A DNA stretch of 63,757 bases, counting the filler, from Stramenopiles sp. TOSAG23-3 (Eukaryota), in assembly GCA_900128585.1 (NCBI GenBank). It is 44 parts of 44 records of this genome, joined end to end, with 100 filler letters (N's around TTAATTAATTAA, not from the genome) between each part and the next. Parts side by side here need not be neighbours in the genome. Positions count along the whole stretch, not along the records: positions 21,909 to 23,263 come from LT645980.1; positions 23,364 to 24,717 come from LT645981.1; positions 24,818 to 26,170 come from LT645982.1; positions 26,271 to 27,623 come from LT645983.1; positions 27,724 to 29,076 come from LT645984.1; positions 29,177 to 30,529 come from LT645985.1; positions 30,630 to 31,981 come from LT645986.1; positions 32,082 to 33,432 come from LT645987.1; 36 more parts are not named here. One strand, 5' to 3'. Below are positions 21,909-34,882 of the stretch, piece by piece. The translations under genes were made by a program, and so were the position numbers. Each line of letters opens with the position of its first letter. Position 1 is the first letter of the stretch. The notes under the pieces are model-generated. The model saw only the letters and a list, made by a program, of their open reading frames with translations. It had not been told where the DNA came from and did no database searches.

Positions 21909-23263
21909 GAAGGCAGGTATAAATATGGGCATTTCATAGCCAGTGCAGTACGGTTGAAAGAATTTGCACACTTGGCCCTCCATTTCGTCATCGGCGCCGT
22001 CGTCGTCGTCAAAACTCTCGATATCTTCCTTCTCCGAAATGCCTTCCGTCGGCGCGCTGGCGTCTGTCAATTGGTCGTCTTTGCCGCCAGAGCCTTCCTG
22101 ATCTCCTTGGTTTCCCACATGCCCTTTTGCAACAACCAATTGCGGGTAATGTTTGTGTCTCTTGGCTCGAAAGTAATCATTAACAGCCGTGTACTGATGT
22201 TCTCTGTCGCGCTGCTTCTCGTGCCAGCCATCGGGAATCCCTGCCGCAGTAGTGTACCTCTCAAAGAAATCGGCAAATCCTTCCAAAGAAGCTGCAGTCT
22301 GCTCCTGAACCTGTACCATCTGCAATGCTGCAGCGTTTTCAACAATCATGGCAATGCGTTTTATTGGCCAAATGGAGACTTTGTTTCCCTCTATGATCCA
22401 CCTCGCCCATCTACTGGGCTTTATAGGGCGCAACGCCAGGTCATCGATTTCAGGGTACCAATTCTTAATCGTCACCGGGTGCAACGTGGGTGCCACGTAC
22501 GTAGTTTCGGATTTTGTTAAAGTCTTATAAAATTTACCAAAATCTGCGTCGGAATCGCACGGTTGAATACCTCTTCCATCAATTTCGCTTTGAATTTCTT
22601 CACGCACTGTATTTACATCGGCAACCATCTTTACGACCCGGTTTTGAATTGCGTATGCGATTTTTTTTCGCCAAGATTGCCACATCTCATATCGAATCCG
22701 CATGCGACGCTTTCCCTCGTTCTCTTTGTAGACCAGCGGGTGAATGGGAAGCAGAGAATTGAAATTCGCGTCATCCACGATCGTTAATCGAGCGCTTTGA
22801 AATGAGACAGTCTTTTTGGACTCTTTGTCGATTACCATTCCGTTTTCGTCACTCCACATCTCTCGCATCCAAAGCATTAGCGGATCGTATTTTAGCCACA
22901 TTTGGCCAACGAGGCATTCGAAAATCTTGGTAGTTTGCTCTTTGGTAGCCGAATCCTGCTGGATTGATAGAACTTTTGCCCCTCGAGTGGGTACGTCAAC
23001 ACTATTTTGGTCTCGCATTGCAATCGGGCGGACAACATCGGCAGATATCCCAAAATGGCCCTCCTCGTCACTATTCAGTATCTGGTACTTTATAGACGCC
23101 CGCGCCATAGCCTTTTTGAAATCACAGTTGATTTCGAACAGAACGTTATTTATAAACCCCAACTCTTCTGATCGCAAATGCATCCCCATCCGGTCAAAGA
23201 CGTTTGCTGTCCACTCGTGGCCACCAATGGGGTGTTGTGGGTCGTCGAAGTATGCGTCGGTGC
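21909..23263 (-). CDS. Hypothetical protein fragment (>440 aa)
   Basis: Open frame across the whole contig; no family recognised. Confidence 0.8.
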
Positions 23264-23389
23264 NNNNNNNNNNNNNNNNNNNNNNNNNNNNNNNNNNNNN
23301 NNNNNNNTTAATTAATTAANNNNNNNNNNNNNNNNNNNNNNNNNNNNNNNNNNNNNNNNNNNNAGAAAATTCATTTATACGATGGCGAG

Positions 23390-24717
23390 ATGCCAAAATG
23401 GTGGCTGCAGAAAGTAATAAAGCGAAGAAAAATAACCCAGGAAAAACGCGTCAGCAAGTTAAAGTCTATCCAAAATGCTCTTGAGAAAATGAAAAAATTA
23501 AGGGACCAGGACAGGGTCTTGCACGAAGACCAGCTCGAAGACCCGTGTTTCAAGGTGGTGGACAACATTGTTTCTCTCCACGGGCGATCACAGAATATCA
23601 ACAAAAAACTGCGTTCAGGACTAGACCCACTATTTCGTCCTCCCAGTCCGCCCGAAGAGAGGTGGACAAAATATAACCCACGAAAGGGGGAGCAAGTCTC
23701 TTACCAGCCAGGCATTGGTTACAAAGACACTGATGCCGATAATCCTTACCGCTCGTCGGGGAGAGCGGCGAAGCTGTTCACTGTGGACGATAAACATGCG
23801 ATGAGGATTGTGGGGGATTACGTTACCGAATCGGCGGCTTGGATGACGGAGTTGTCCATAAAGAAGCGGTCCCCCGAAGAGCGGCTGGCGTTTGCAAAAC
23901 GACTGGTACGAATGTATATAGATGCACTGAAACCCTTGAATATAACGCGTGAAGTAACTCGAGCGAGGGAGGAGATAATGGCTTTTATTGAGAAAATATT
24001 GCCGGCCCCAGGCACTGTTGAGACAAAGGCGGAGAAAAAAGCTCGGATCGAATCGCTGCTGTACGATGGCCTCTCCACTGGCACAAGGGAAAAGGGGGAG
24101 CAAGAAACTCCCGTGGAAACATTTGCGCGATGGTCCGGAATAACACAGGAAGAACTTTACGCCAGAAAGCTTGCTTCAAAAAAATTACCAAAGGCCGAAC
24201 AGCCATGGATATGCCTAGTGTGTATGAATGCAAATGTTGTCGGGACGTCTAAATGTTCCGTTTGTTTTCGTAAGCCCGGGGAACCTGCGACATCATGGAA
24301 ACTCGCAAAACATAGGCCAAGGAACAAGAAATTAAGCATAAAATATTTTCACACTCACAACCTTGGAAGTTACCACCAGCAAAACAAATGGCGCCGGGAT
24401 GAAACATTAGGCTTGGGGAAGGAGAAACAAGGCGTTGACTGGCTAAACTGGGAATCGCCCGACAAGAAAGCAGCCGAGGAGACTGGGGACGAAGACGAAA
24501 CCCCTGGTACTGCTACACTCCCTGAGTTGAGTGCGATTCTCAAAAAGAAAAAGACGAAGGAGTGGAAACCATTTTTGACTATTGATGAAAGCAATTTACC
24601 ACAGATTTCGGAGTTCAAGTACATTGGTCGGGAAAAACGTGATTGGTTATTTTTCTTCGCTTTATTACTTTCTGCAGCCACCATTTTGGCATCTCGCCAT
24701 CGTATAAATGAATTTTC
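23390..24717 (+). CDS. Hypothetical protein fragment with RanBP2-type zinc finger; one end chimeric
   Basis: WICLVCMNANVVGTSKCSVC; 73-nt terminal inverted repeat at 23365-23437 / 24645-24717. Confidence 0.75.
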
Positions 24718-25430
24718 NNNNNNNNNNNNNNNNNNNNNNNNNNNNNNNNNNNNNNNNNNNNTTAATTAATTAANNNNNNNNNNNNNNNNNNNNNNNNNNN
24801 NNNNNNNNNNNNNNNNNTACTTTTAAGACCAATCAATTGGAATCTTGACCAGAACTTGGGGAGGATCTGCAATAGGAGGAGATATTGTTCTTGAAACCTG
24901 ACACCTTCTTTTTTCTTTAATTTTAATTACTATAAAATAACAGCCAATTTTTCTTGTTTTTAAATTACTTCTTTCAGGATTGTAAGTTACTGCGAATTTA
25001 TTTCTGCTCCTGTGGATAACTTTACAAAAGATAAAAAGGGGGAAGAGAGAGAGTTTAATAAACCTCTCTCTGCTGGTTGAATTTAAAATTTTCCGTGATA
25101 AAAAAACAGTAAGATACGAGAGAGCATCATACATTATATTGTTTAGCTTACGATTAATTTGTGGCAACAAGGTCAAGAGCTGGTGACGAGATTTATTTTT
25201 CAGTGCGTGGGACTCTAATGATGGGTAATCCCAGGTGGTCTTCTTCGCGCGGTGTGATTCTCAAGCTTTTCTGAAACGAGGTTACAGACCGGCGGGTACA
25301 AATGTTCCCAAGCAACGATTTAAGACCCGTCCCCCTCAGGCCTCCATCACTAACTAACTAGCCCAGTCACGGCCGTCTTACGACCTCTTGTTTTGCCCTG
25401 AACCCCACGTTGGACCAGAAACGCATGCCT

Positions 25431-25937
<507 letters not shown>

Positions 25938-26698
25938 TTAAGGGTTAAACCTCACAACAAACTTTTATTGGACAAAATAGAAGACACTTTGTATAATATA
26001 TGCGCACAACGGGTAGATGCTGAAACGAATTGTTTCCTTTCTTGTTTTTGTTGTTGTTGTTCAGGGAGCTACAAAACGTATTTGAACAACATTCTAGGAG
26101 TTATATCGTGGGTACGGACTACTCTAATGTTTAATAATAATACTTCTTCTTGATGATAAAAAAAATTATTNNNNNNNNNNNNNNNNNNNNNNNNNNNNNN
26201 NNNNNNNNNNNNNNTTAATTAATTAANNNNNNNNNNNNNNNNNNNNNNNNNNNNNNNNNNNNNNNNNNNNGATTTATTTCGGGGGTTACGCTTCCCGTGG
26301 ACGGAGCCCTGCATTTGATCTCTTAAATCCCTACTCGTGGTATAAAATATTAACTGTTGGTACGAAGTAGAACAAAACAAATTAAAACTAAGTTAGGATT
26401 AGGGTTGGAACTGAAGAAATTGAAATTGATATAGAGACGACTAATATTAATTATACAGTAGTATTTATAATTCCTTGGTACCGGTATGTAATTTTATTAT
26501 TATTATTCTTCTCTCTTAAAAAAATTGTTGTGTTGTTGTTTGTTGTTGTGTTTTCTTAGTAGTACATCAAATAAATATTGAATGCCACTACATTTATAAT
26601 GACAGTTCCACAATAAACATTTTGTGGTACATTCAAAAGCAAAATCTTCGACAGAATGTTCCATCTGATAATTGAAATATAAAGCAAATAAAAAGAAG

Positions 26699-27427
26699 AT
26701 GGCGGGGAGAATAGAGATCCAAAACTATGGAGACAAGGTTGTGTTTAAGAATGGCGAGGCAGAGGAAGTCACAGTACAGCTTAAAGCAGTTCCGGCCACG
26801 GACGAACCCATCGAAGCGACGGGGGTTGTTCATGTAGAAGATTTTGACAAAGGTGGGCCAGCCGTTGCTTTTGTTGGGACAGAGTGTGGTGTTTTTGCAA
26901 TAGATACTAATACTGGGGCTCAGAAAGCCCAATTGCTTGGAAGCAAGCGTATGGTCCGGTGTTTCCAAGTTATCAAAAAGACCCTTTATGTTGGTGTCAA
27001 AGACAAAACGTCCCCGACAAGTGAGAATTTTGGTCTGTGGACTATTGATACAGAAAAGATCGAGGCGCATCCCATCGAAAAGGTTGGGGACTGGGAAATA
27101 GTGGCAATGACATTAAACTCAACCGAAAGTCAAATGGCTGCAACATACTGCGACAATGTTAACGGAAATTACTTTTTCGAAGTACATCTGCTTGGCATCA
27201 GCCCGGACGGACGTGAACTGACTCACCAAACCAGAATAGGTGGCGATGGCTGGGGAGAGGTCGTGTTCAAAGAAGACGACAAATGTGTCATTATTGACAA
27301 CACAGAGTTCCCTATCCCAGCTCAGTATCTTGTGGAAAAGAAAACGTTGGGGGGTAAAAGGAAACTTGAGGGTGACGAAAAGGTCGATGGTGCAAAGAAC
27401 GATGAAAAGAAAAGAAAGACCACGTAA
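26699..27427 (+). CDS. Hypothetical beta-strand-rich protein with basic C-terminal NLS-like tail
   Basis: Complete 242-aa ORF in AT-rich flanks; ends KRK...KKRKTT. Confidence 0.75.
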   Translation: MAGRIEIQNYGDKVVFKNGEAEEVTVQLKAVPATDEPIEATGVVHVEDFDKGGPAVAFVGTECGVFAIDTNTGAQKAQLLGSKRMVRCFQVIKKTLYVGVKDKTSPTSENFGLWTIDTEKIEAHPIEKVGDWEIVAMTLNSTESQMAATYCDNVNGNYFFEVHLLGISPDGRELTHQTRIGGDGWGEVVFKEDDKCVIIDNTEFPIPAQYLVEKKTLGGKRKLEGDEKVDGAKNDEKKRKTT

Positions 27428-28138
27428 TGAAATGGAAGAAAAGAAAAGCACAAGTACATAAAGCTAGAGACAACTAAAATAATAATAATATTAAAATTAA
27501 TAATAATATTAATAATGATGTGACCACCAAAAAAATATATTATTATTATTATTTATTTTTTTACAACGAGGAGATTTAATTATTTACATATATAATACAT
27601 ACCATACAGGTAGACGACTACGANNNNNNNNNNNNNNNNNNNNNNNNNNNNNNNNNNNNNNNNNNNNTTAATTAATTAANNNNNNNNNNNNNNNNNNNNN
27701 NNNNNNNNNNNNNNNNNNNNNNNGAAATACTTAAGTAATTTTACCTCCTTGTTGAGTGTTGAGTACGAGGACAGTCTATACATCTTCTACAAACCAACAA
27801 CAACAGAGAATCAACAACAACAAAAAACAATGATGAATTAATTATTAATTAAATTGATTGATGGGGATCAACAACCTTTTTTTTGTTTTGTTCTTCTTCT
27901 TTGTGTTTGTTGGATAAAATAATATTATTATGTATAAGTCAGTAGTTAGTATAGAGAGAGAACATATTTAAACTTAAAAAGAAAGACCTCATCAATAATA
28001 TACGAATGATACAACCGCATTGTTTAACTTTTCAACGGTGGATAGACAGATTGCCCCTCGTAAGCGTGTGGTTGTCCTTTTACTTCACAGCACACCATTG
28101 CTTAATTACAATAATACACGGGACGCAGCCCCTTCAGT

Positions 28139-29029
28139 ATGGCAGCGAGTGTCGCGAGTGCGACGACACCGAACCACACCGTCGACGTGGGTCGTGGCCA
28201 GTCCATCATATGGTGCGTTCTTGGCGAAGTCGAACATGTCCTCTCCGCGCTGTGCGCCAACAAAAGGTTTGCGTCGAGGTCGTCCTTCCACGGCGGCAGC
28301 ATGCACTTGTCGTCCACGGATGACCCGAGGGTAAAGAAGCTGAAGAGCTTGCGGAAAAGGCTGCGTACTTGCGCGTCGGCGTTCGCGTCGGGGCAGGTCG
28401 GCACCCTGGACCGGCTGGAAATAATATCTCCGTTCGTGGATGTGATACGCGCGTCCGACACCACGGGAGACATGACCAACGCGGCACTGCAGTCGGTCAT
28501 CCGGCTGATGGAGTTTGGTATATTTCAGCTCGAGACCGACGAAGCGGCCAGGCGTGCCCGCATACCGGACGCGGTCTCCATATTAATCGAAGGGGTCGCG
28601 AACTGCCGTTTCCAAATGGCCGACCCGACGCTTGACGAGAACGTCCTGTACCATGTCCTGCTGTGTTTGCGGTCTGCCTTGACTAGCCGGTGGGGCTGCA
28701 TGATGGATGACGAAGCTGTCTGGTCGTCGATTGAAGCAATTTTTCGGATGACACAGGAGCAACGGAGGTCGCCGTTGTTGCGGACGGCGGCAGCCTCCAC
28801 GATGGCCTCAGTAGTACACTCCGTTTTTGGCGGATTCGAACGGCTCGTAAATGAGGAAATCTCGATGGTAAGGACGAGGTCGATAAGTTCGATAAGGCCC
28901 GATATGGTTCCGCGGAGATCCTCCTCGGCTCCGCCGGCAACCCCGGCCAGAATGCGCGACGAAGGTGGGGAAGGTGGCTACAATTCTGAGGCGGAGGAAG
29001 TCATCCGAGGTACTAGAAATTTTAAATAA
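28139..29029 (+). CDS. GBF1: GBF1/GNOM-type ARF-GEF, N-terminal DCB domain only
   Basis: GEVEHVLSAL, SPFVDVIRASDTTGDMTNAAL, VANCRFQ..D...DENVL and SPLLRTAA; the ORF ends before the Sec7 domain (intron or chimera). Confidence 0.8.
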   Translation: MAASVASATTPNHTVDVGRGQSIIWCVLGEVEHVLSALCANKRFASRSSFHGGSMHLSSTDDPRVKKLKSLRKRLRTCASAFASGQVGTLDRLEIISPFVDVIRASDTTGDMTNAALQSVIRLMEFGIFQLETDEAARRARIPDAVSILIEGVANCRFQMADPTLDENVLYHVLLCLRSALTSRWGCMMDDEAVWSSIEAIFRMTQEQRRSPLLRTAAASTMASVVHSVFGGFERLVNEEISMVRTRSISSIRPDMVPRRSSSAPPATPARMRDEGGEGGYNSEAEEVIRGTRNFK

Positions 29030-29176
29030 GAACAAGAAATCAAAAGAAGGTAGAAGTGGCGCGCAGTTGGAAACAANNNNNNNNNNNNNNNNNNNNNNNN
29101 NNNNNNNNNNNNNNNNNNNNTTAATTAATTAANNNNNNNNNNNNNNNNNNNNNNNNNNNNNNNNNNNNNNNNNNNN

Positions 29177-29502
29177 AGTCGTCTTCAACATTTTGAAGTC
29201 AAACCCCACGCTATCGATAGGAATTTGATACTTTCTAGCAAAGTTTTGGAGCGTTCCCGTGAGAAACGCGGCATTGAAATAGAACCCAGATATCCAAAAC
29301 AGGTCTGGAATCCCCTTTTCTAACCAAGTGCCGAAAAATTTCAATCGATCCAAGTAGTCCAAGATGTACGCGGCCAAAGTCTTCAACGATGGGTACGATG
29401 TTTGGAGCCAAACGGCAGGGATAATACCGAAGTAAAAGGAGTTGAACACCACGTGCAATTCATCCGACATTACAGTTATACCCGCGATGGCATTGATGAC
29501 AT
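29177..29502 (-). CDS. Dynein heavy chain C-terminal domain fragment (inverted chimeric piece)
   Basis: AIAGITVMSDEL...IPAVW..SYPSLKTLAAY...FWISGFYFNAAFLTGTLQNFARKYQIPID. Confidence 0.92.
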
Positions 29503-30529
29503 CCCCGCCATTTGCGCTGTCAGACTGTTTTGAAGACGCGAACGCATCAACTCCATTGGTGTTTGTACTTTCCGCAGGTAGCGACCCGATGGAAAATATC
29601 TTTAAGTTCAGCCAACAGCGTGGTATTGAGTTCGACAGTATCTCACTTGGGCAGGGCCAAGGCCCGAAAGCCGAAGTGATGATAGACAAGGCCCAACGAG
29701 CTGGAACGTGGGTAGTGCTTCAGAACTGCCACTTGTGCATTTCGTGGATGTCCAAACTAGAGTACTTGTGTGAGGAAATGAGCCAAAACAAGGGCAACTT
29801 TTTGCACAAAAACTACAGGCTGTGGTGTACAACGTACCCGCACCCTCAGTTCCCCTCGTCTATTCTCCAAAATGCAGTGAAGATGACAATCGAGGCTCCG
29901 AAAGGACTTAAGGCAAATCTTTTGGGCTCATACATGAACGATCCGATCAGCAGTCCAGGCTATCTGGCCACCGTTGAGAAGGCGGTCGAATTCCGGCGCT
30001 TGTTGTACTCCTTGTGTTTCTTTCACGCCGTGGTCCAAGAGCGTCGTGAGTTCGGGTCTTTGGGATGGAACAACCCGTATGAATTCAATGAAAGTGATCT
30101 GCGTATATCGGTAAAACAGCTCGCGATTTTCCTAGACTTGTACGACCGGGTGGAGTACAAGGCGTTGAACTATTGCTTTGGCCAATGCAATTACGGCGGA
30201 AGGGTCACGGACGACAAAGACAGAAGGTGCCTAGTAACAATCCTGAAACGCTTTTTTAACCCAGGCGTTCTTTCCGATGACCACGAGTACTGCCAAAAAC
30301 TGCATTCTTACAAAGCGCCTAAAGATGGGGAACACCAGGAGTATATAGATCATATCCAAGAACTGTCCCTTGTAACCCCGACGCAAATATTTATGATGCA
30401 TGAAAATGCTAGCATGACTAAAGACCAGAACGAGACAAACAATTTGCTGTCCGCCCTCTTGAAGACACAAAACGCAGGGGGGTCGTCTGGTGGTGGTCTA
30501 TCGCCAGAGGAGATCGTCTCAGGCTGGTG
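29496..30529 (+). CDS. Axonemal-type dynein heavy chain, AAA6/lid fragment
   Basis: PLVFVLSAGSDP, ISLGQGQGP, WVVLQNCHL, FFHAVVQERREFGSLGWN.PYEFNESD and YGGRVTDDKDRR. Confidence 0.96.
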
Positions 30530-30629
30530 NNNNNNNNNNNNNNNNNNNNNNNNNNNNNNNNNNNNNNNNNNNNTTAATTAATTAANNNNNNNNNNNNNNN
30601 NNNNNNNNNNNNNNNNNNNNNNNNNNNNN

Positions 30630-31552
30630 GAGAGCGTGTCGCGAAGGTGATCCCCTTTCAGCTTCGACTCGTCCAAAAGATCCATGCACTTGAAATGAGA
30701 CCCGAACTCTCGAAGCCTGTGAAGGGGTTCGCAGTAATTTATCCAAGGGTTGTGAGCCACCACCTCCTCGCGCTCACCAAACAAATCGTCGAGGACGTCC
30801 ATTTCTAACTCCAAATTATCGTCCACATTGTTCCAATAATTTACTACGTTGTCTTGGTCGGTGCACAGCCGAACAACGGTCCAAACCGGCAGTCTTTCGA
30901 GCGGCCTGAGCGCTGCGGCGATGTCGCCGTCGCTGCTTTCCCCGTCGGTGAATATTGTGAACGATAGCTTCTGACGGTTTTGACGCAAGGAATGGTTCAT
31001 CATGTTTGCCCGTTGAACCACTTGGCTGATGTGAAAGCATAACGGCGTGCCGCCCCCAAACTGTCCGTCCAGCAGTGAAAACAAGATTTGCAGGTTGGTG
31101 CCGTCCATCGTGGCTGGCGTCCCGAGCTCGACTGGGTTTCCTCCGTTCAGCAGCCTGAACTCCGATGGGGCTTGGGCAATGTGCGCCAGCTTCGCGTGAA
31201 ACTTAATGCATTGCACCAACTCTTTCCACCTCGTGCAGCTAACTTTGACGAAGCCCCGTGGGCCCTGGTGGAGCATGTTGCCGTCGTTCGCCCCCATACT
31301 CCCGGAGTCATCGATTAGAAAGACGCGGTAGGGCGTCACACTCATCGACCTGAGAATAGAGTCCGCAAGGCCCACTGGCCAGCCACACTCCATCATGAGC
31401 ATCCGCTTCGCAGCGGCATACCCAAACTGATTGGTCAGCATATCCATAGGTATTGGCATTGGGCTTTGGTCAAACCCCCCACCACCAACCGCAACTGGTA
31501 CCGCTTTCACTGGTACCGCGTGGGCTTGTGCAACTGCAGTGAATTGTGCCAT
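30630..31552 (-). CDS. vWA-domain protein (3' truncated)
   Basis: MIDAS motifs FLIDDSGSM, GGTPL and IFTDGE. Confidence 0.88.
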
Positions 31553-32340
31553 ATTTGTTCTGTGTGTATATATACGTTCGTTATTTAATAATAACAAAAA
31601 ATCTGATGGGGTAAACTGTTTAATAACAAAACGTCTTTCTCCTTCTTCTTATTCTTTGTAAGAATGAAAGTTATACCTATATATACATAATATGTCATAT
31701 ATAAAATAATCTTTTCTCTCATACCATCCAAAAACAGAAATAAAAAGCATGCAGTTGTTAAAGAAGTTTTGGGTTAGAATCACAATCTCAGCCTCCTCCT
31801 CCCGCCCATCTCCCATCATCATCAATAATAAATAATACCAATCACAAAATCACGCACCACCAACCACATCTCACATCTCAAAAACAAACCACACCTTCTT
31901 CTTTCTTCTTCTTTCTTCTTCTTCTTCTTCTTCTTTCTTCTTCTTCTTCTTTCTTCTTCTTCTTCTTCTTCTTCTTCTTCTNNNNNNNNNNNNNNNNNNN
32001 NNNNNNNNNNNNNNNNNNNNNNNNNTTAATTAATTAANNNNNNNNNNNNNNNNNNNNNNNNNNNNNNNNNNNNNNNNNNNNTTATTATTATTTTTTGAAA
32101 TTGTTGTGTTGTTAGTTGTCTTCTTCTTCTTTTCTTCTTCTTTTCTTCTTCTCCAGGTAATACAAATTAATTGAAAAAGAAAGAACGGAAGGAACGGAAC
32201 TGGCTCCATCGTCTTCTGTTTTTATTTTAGCTTACGGCGCGTTTTTTGTCACTTTTTCACAACCAATCCGTGCGTTCGTATTGTTTATTTGTTTGACAGT
32301 GTTGAATTAGCACTCCGGTAGCAAGCAACCCCCCCGTACG

Positions 32341-33432
32341 ATGGCAAGTTTAGTAGCAGCCAATGAGATCCCGAAGGAGGACGATTTTCAAACGCCCGTT
32401 GTCAAGTCGGAAGCCGTGTTTTTCCGTGAAAGGGAGGAGGTTTTGAAACTGATCGGTGACTTGGTGGCGTCCTCTTTGGAAGCACCGGTATCTAACGACG
32501 ATTCAAACGACGAGGAAACCCGTGGGCCAAAAGACAACGCGGCACGGGATGCGATCGTTAAGATTTTGGAAAAATACCAGGAAGAGTCTGCTATATTGGA
32601 CCCGAGCTTGACGGACATGGTGAAGCCTTTGATGGCCGGCGTCCGAAAAATTATTGCCGCCCGAGAAATGTACATGCAGAAAGAGCAAGGGAACGCATCC
32701 AGCGCGTACCCGTTTCAGCGGTTCATCAGCCCGAGCCTTCACCGCATGTTCCAAGTGCTGTACAACTTGTGCAAGGTGAGGGGCTACAAGCGCATTGTCC
32801 GGTTAATGCCCCACGAGGTGCACGACGTGGAGCCCACCATGCACTTGCTGCTGTCGCAGGACCAAAGCGACTACACAACCTGGGAGACCCGGTACATTTT
32901 GCTGCTGTGGATGTCCATGTTGGTAATGGTCCCGTTTGACCTCACGTCTATCGACTCGAGCACGGAGGCTGCGCCAAGCAGTTATGCTGGGCTGATCGAG
33001 GGCCTGGTCGGCCTCTGCAAGCATTACCTGGGCGACCCGGGGCCCACCCGCGACGCCTCCTCCGTCTGCCTCTCCAAGTTGTTGACCCGACCGGACATGG
33101 ATGCCAAGCACCTTACCGGCTTTTTGGGGTGGGCCAATACCGTTGTTGGTGGTACTGGCACCGCGGAGGGAGGAGGAGAAACGTTTGGCCTCGTTGGGGG
33201 CGGCGCCTCAGCTGCGTCTGGCAACAATGCGGGGGCGTCCGTCCCCGGCGGGCCCGGCCGCCGAGTCTTCCTCTCCACTGGGGTCCTCACCACGCTCGTC
33301 ATGATATTCAAGCATGGCCACCGCGACCGCTTGGAGGGGCGGATACCTTTGGTGGCAGAGTGCATGCACGTCGCGGCCCAGGCCATGATCTCCGGCCGAG
33401 CCAGCACCCTGCAACGCAAGCTGACCATGAAG
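32341..33432 (+). CDS. TBCD: Tubulin-folding cofactor D, N-terminal fragment
   Basis: KYQEESAILDP, LCKVRGYKRIVRLMPHEVHD, WETRYILLLWMSMLVMVPFDL and LLTRPD. Confidence 0.95.
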
Positions 33433-33533
33433 NNNNNNNNNNNNNNNNNNNNNNNNNNNNNNNNNNNNNNNNNNNNTTAATTAATTAANNNNNNNNNNNN
33501 NNNNNNNNNNNNNNNNNNNNNNNNNNNNNNNNC

Positions 33534-34268
33534 GAGCTGACGCACGACCACAAAGCCTCTGGCCCCCGAGAAGTCTGCACGACCGTTGCGATGGGCGGAT
33601 TCGTATCGAACAACCGGTTGATGGGGCAGCTTGCTGTCGGGCGCGCCCTTGGCTACCGGGTGTTCAAAAAGGCCGCGGTCCTGTCCTGCGAGCCAGACGT
33701 GCGGTTCTGCCGGCTCGCCCCGGGCGACGAGTTCTTTTTGCTGGCATGCGATGGCCTCTTCGACGTCTGTACGAGCCAGGACGCCGTGGATTTCGCCCGG
33801 GAGAAGCTGAACGACGGGCTCGAGGCGAAAACGGTGTGCAAGCTCTTGGGCGAGCACGCGATCGAGCTCGGGTCGAAGGACAACGTGTCCGTCGCCCTCG
33901 TCGTGCTCTCCGAGACGGACGGCGACGCGGAACTCTACCGCGTCCCAGAACGGAAGGCGCGGGCGGCTGGGGCGATGGACGTCGGGCCGCCCGACGAACC
34001 CGCCCAGCCAGCTTCGAGCACGGGGTCCTCCGCCGGCGGGAACGCGTCCCTCTCGCTGCTCGCAAACTGGGACGGGCCGAGCGATAGCGACATTAAGGAG
34101 ATGGAGGACTTGATGAACGAGGCCATGTCCTCCCCGCAGAAAGGGAGGGGGGCGGCGGCGCCCGCCGACAGCCCGAACAAGTCCCCAGAAGGAAACGCAA
34201 ACAACGGGTTGCTGGGCCTCGACGAAGACACCCTTGCGTTCTTGATGGATTCGAAGAATTTCGAGTAA
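33534..34268 (+). CDS. PP2C/PPM phosphatase, C-terminal fragment
   Basis: LTHDHK, LAVGRALG, FFLLACDGLFD and GSKDNVS. Confidence 0.93.
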   Translation, partial: ELTHDHKASGPREVCTTVAMGGFVSNNRLMGQLAVGRALGYRVFKKAAVLSCEPDVRFCRLAPGDEFFLLACDGLFDVCTSQDAVDFAREKLNDGLEAKTVCKLLGEHAIELGSKDNVSVALVVLSETDGDAELYRVPERKARAAGAMDVGPPDEPAQPASSTGSSAGGNASLSLLANWDGPSDSDIKEMEDLMNEAMSSPQKGRGAAAPADSPNKSPEGNANNGLLGLDEDTLAFLMDSKNFE

Positions 34269-34380
34269 TCTCTAGCGCGCGGAAGTACGAAGAGGAATTA
34301 TTATTGTATTGTGGCAAGTGAAAACAATTTTTATATCATAATATATCAAATTCAGTTTTTGGTACAGGGCGCTGGCCAGT

Positions 34381-34882
34381 TTACCTCCGCCTCCCCCCAC
34401 GTTTCTGGCCCTTCTTCCTCCTCTTGTGGCCCTTGGCCTTCTGCTGCAACCCCCTCTCGTCGGCTCGCATCCGCCTGTCCACAAACTTTACTTTCGGCTT
34501 TCCGCCCCCCTTCGCGACGGTACTCTTGCCCCCCTTTCTCACGACCACGTGCACCGACCCTGGGCGCGGGGTCTTCGTCTTTGCCATCGCTTTGGCGATC
34601 GCCCTCATCTTCGTCCTCGCCGTCAGCTGGTCGTCGTCTACAATCTTCTCCGCGAGCTTCTTGGCCTTTTCCATTCGTCTCGACGACCGCTCCTTCTTTC
34701 GAGCGCGGGCCTCCGCGACTTTCTTTATCGGCGCTTCATTCAGTCGGCGCAGGCGGCGTTTGGCCTCCAGCACCATCTGCTTGGTGACCGGAAGCTGGGG
34801 CTGGTTGTGCTCTTTCTCCTCCTCGACGAACCACGGGGGCAGGTCCTCCGGGTCGTTCCACGCGTACCTGTTGTAGGACGCG
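34381..34882 (-). CDS. SPB1: Pre-rRNA 2'-O-methyltransferase Spb1/FTSJ3, C-terminal fragment
   Basis: DLPPWFVEEE, PIKKVAEARARKK and KVKFVDRRMRAD. Confidence 0.92.
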
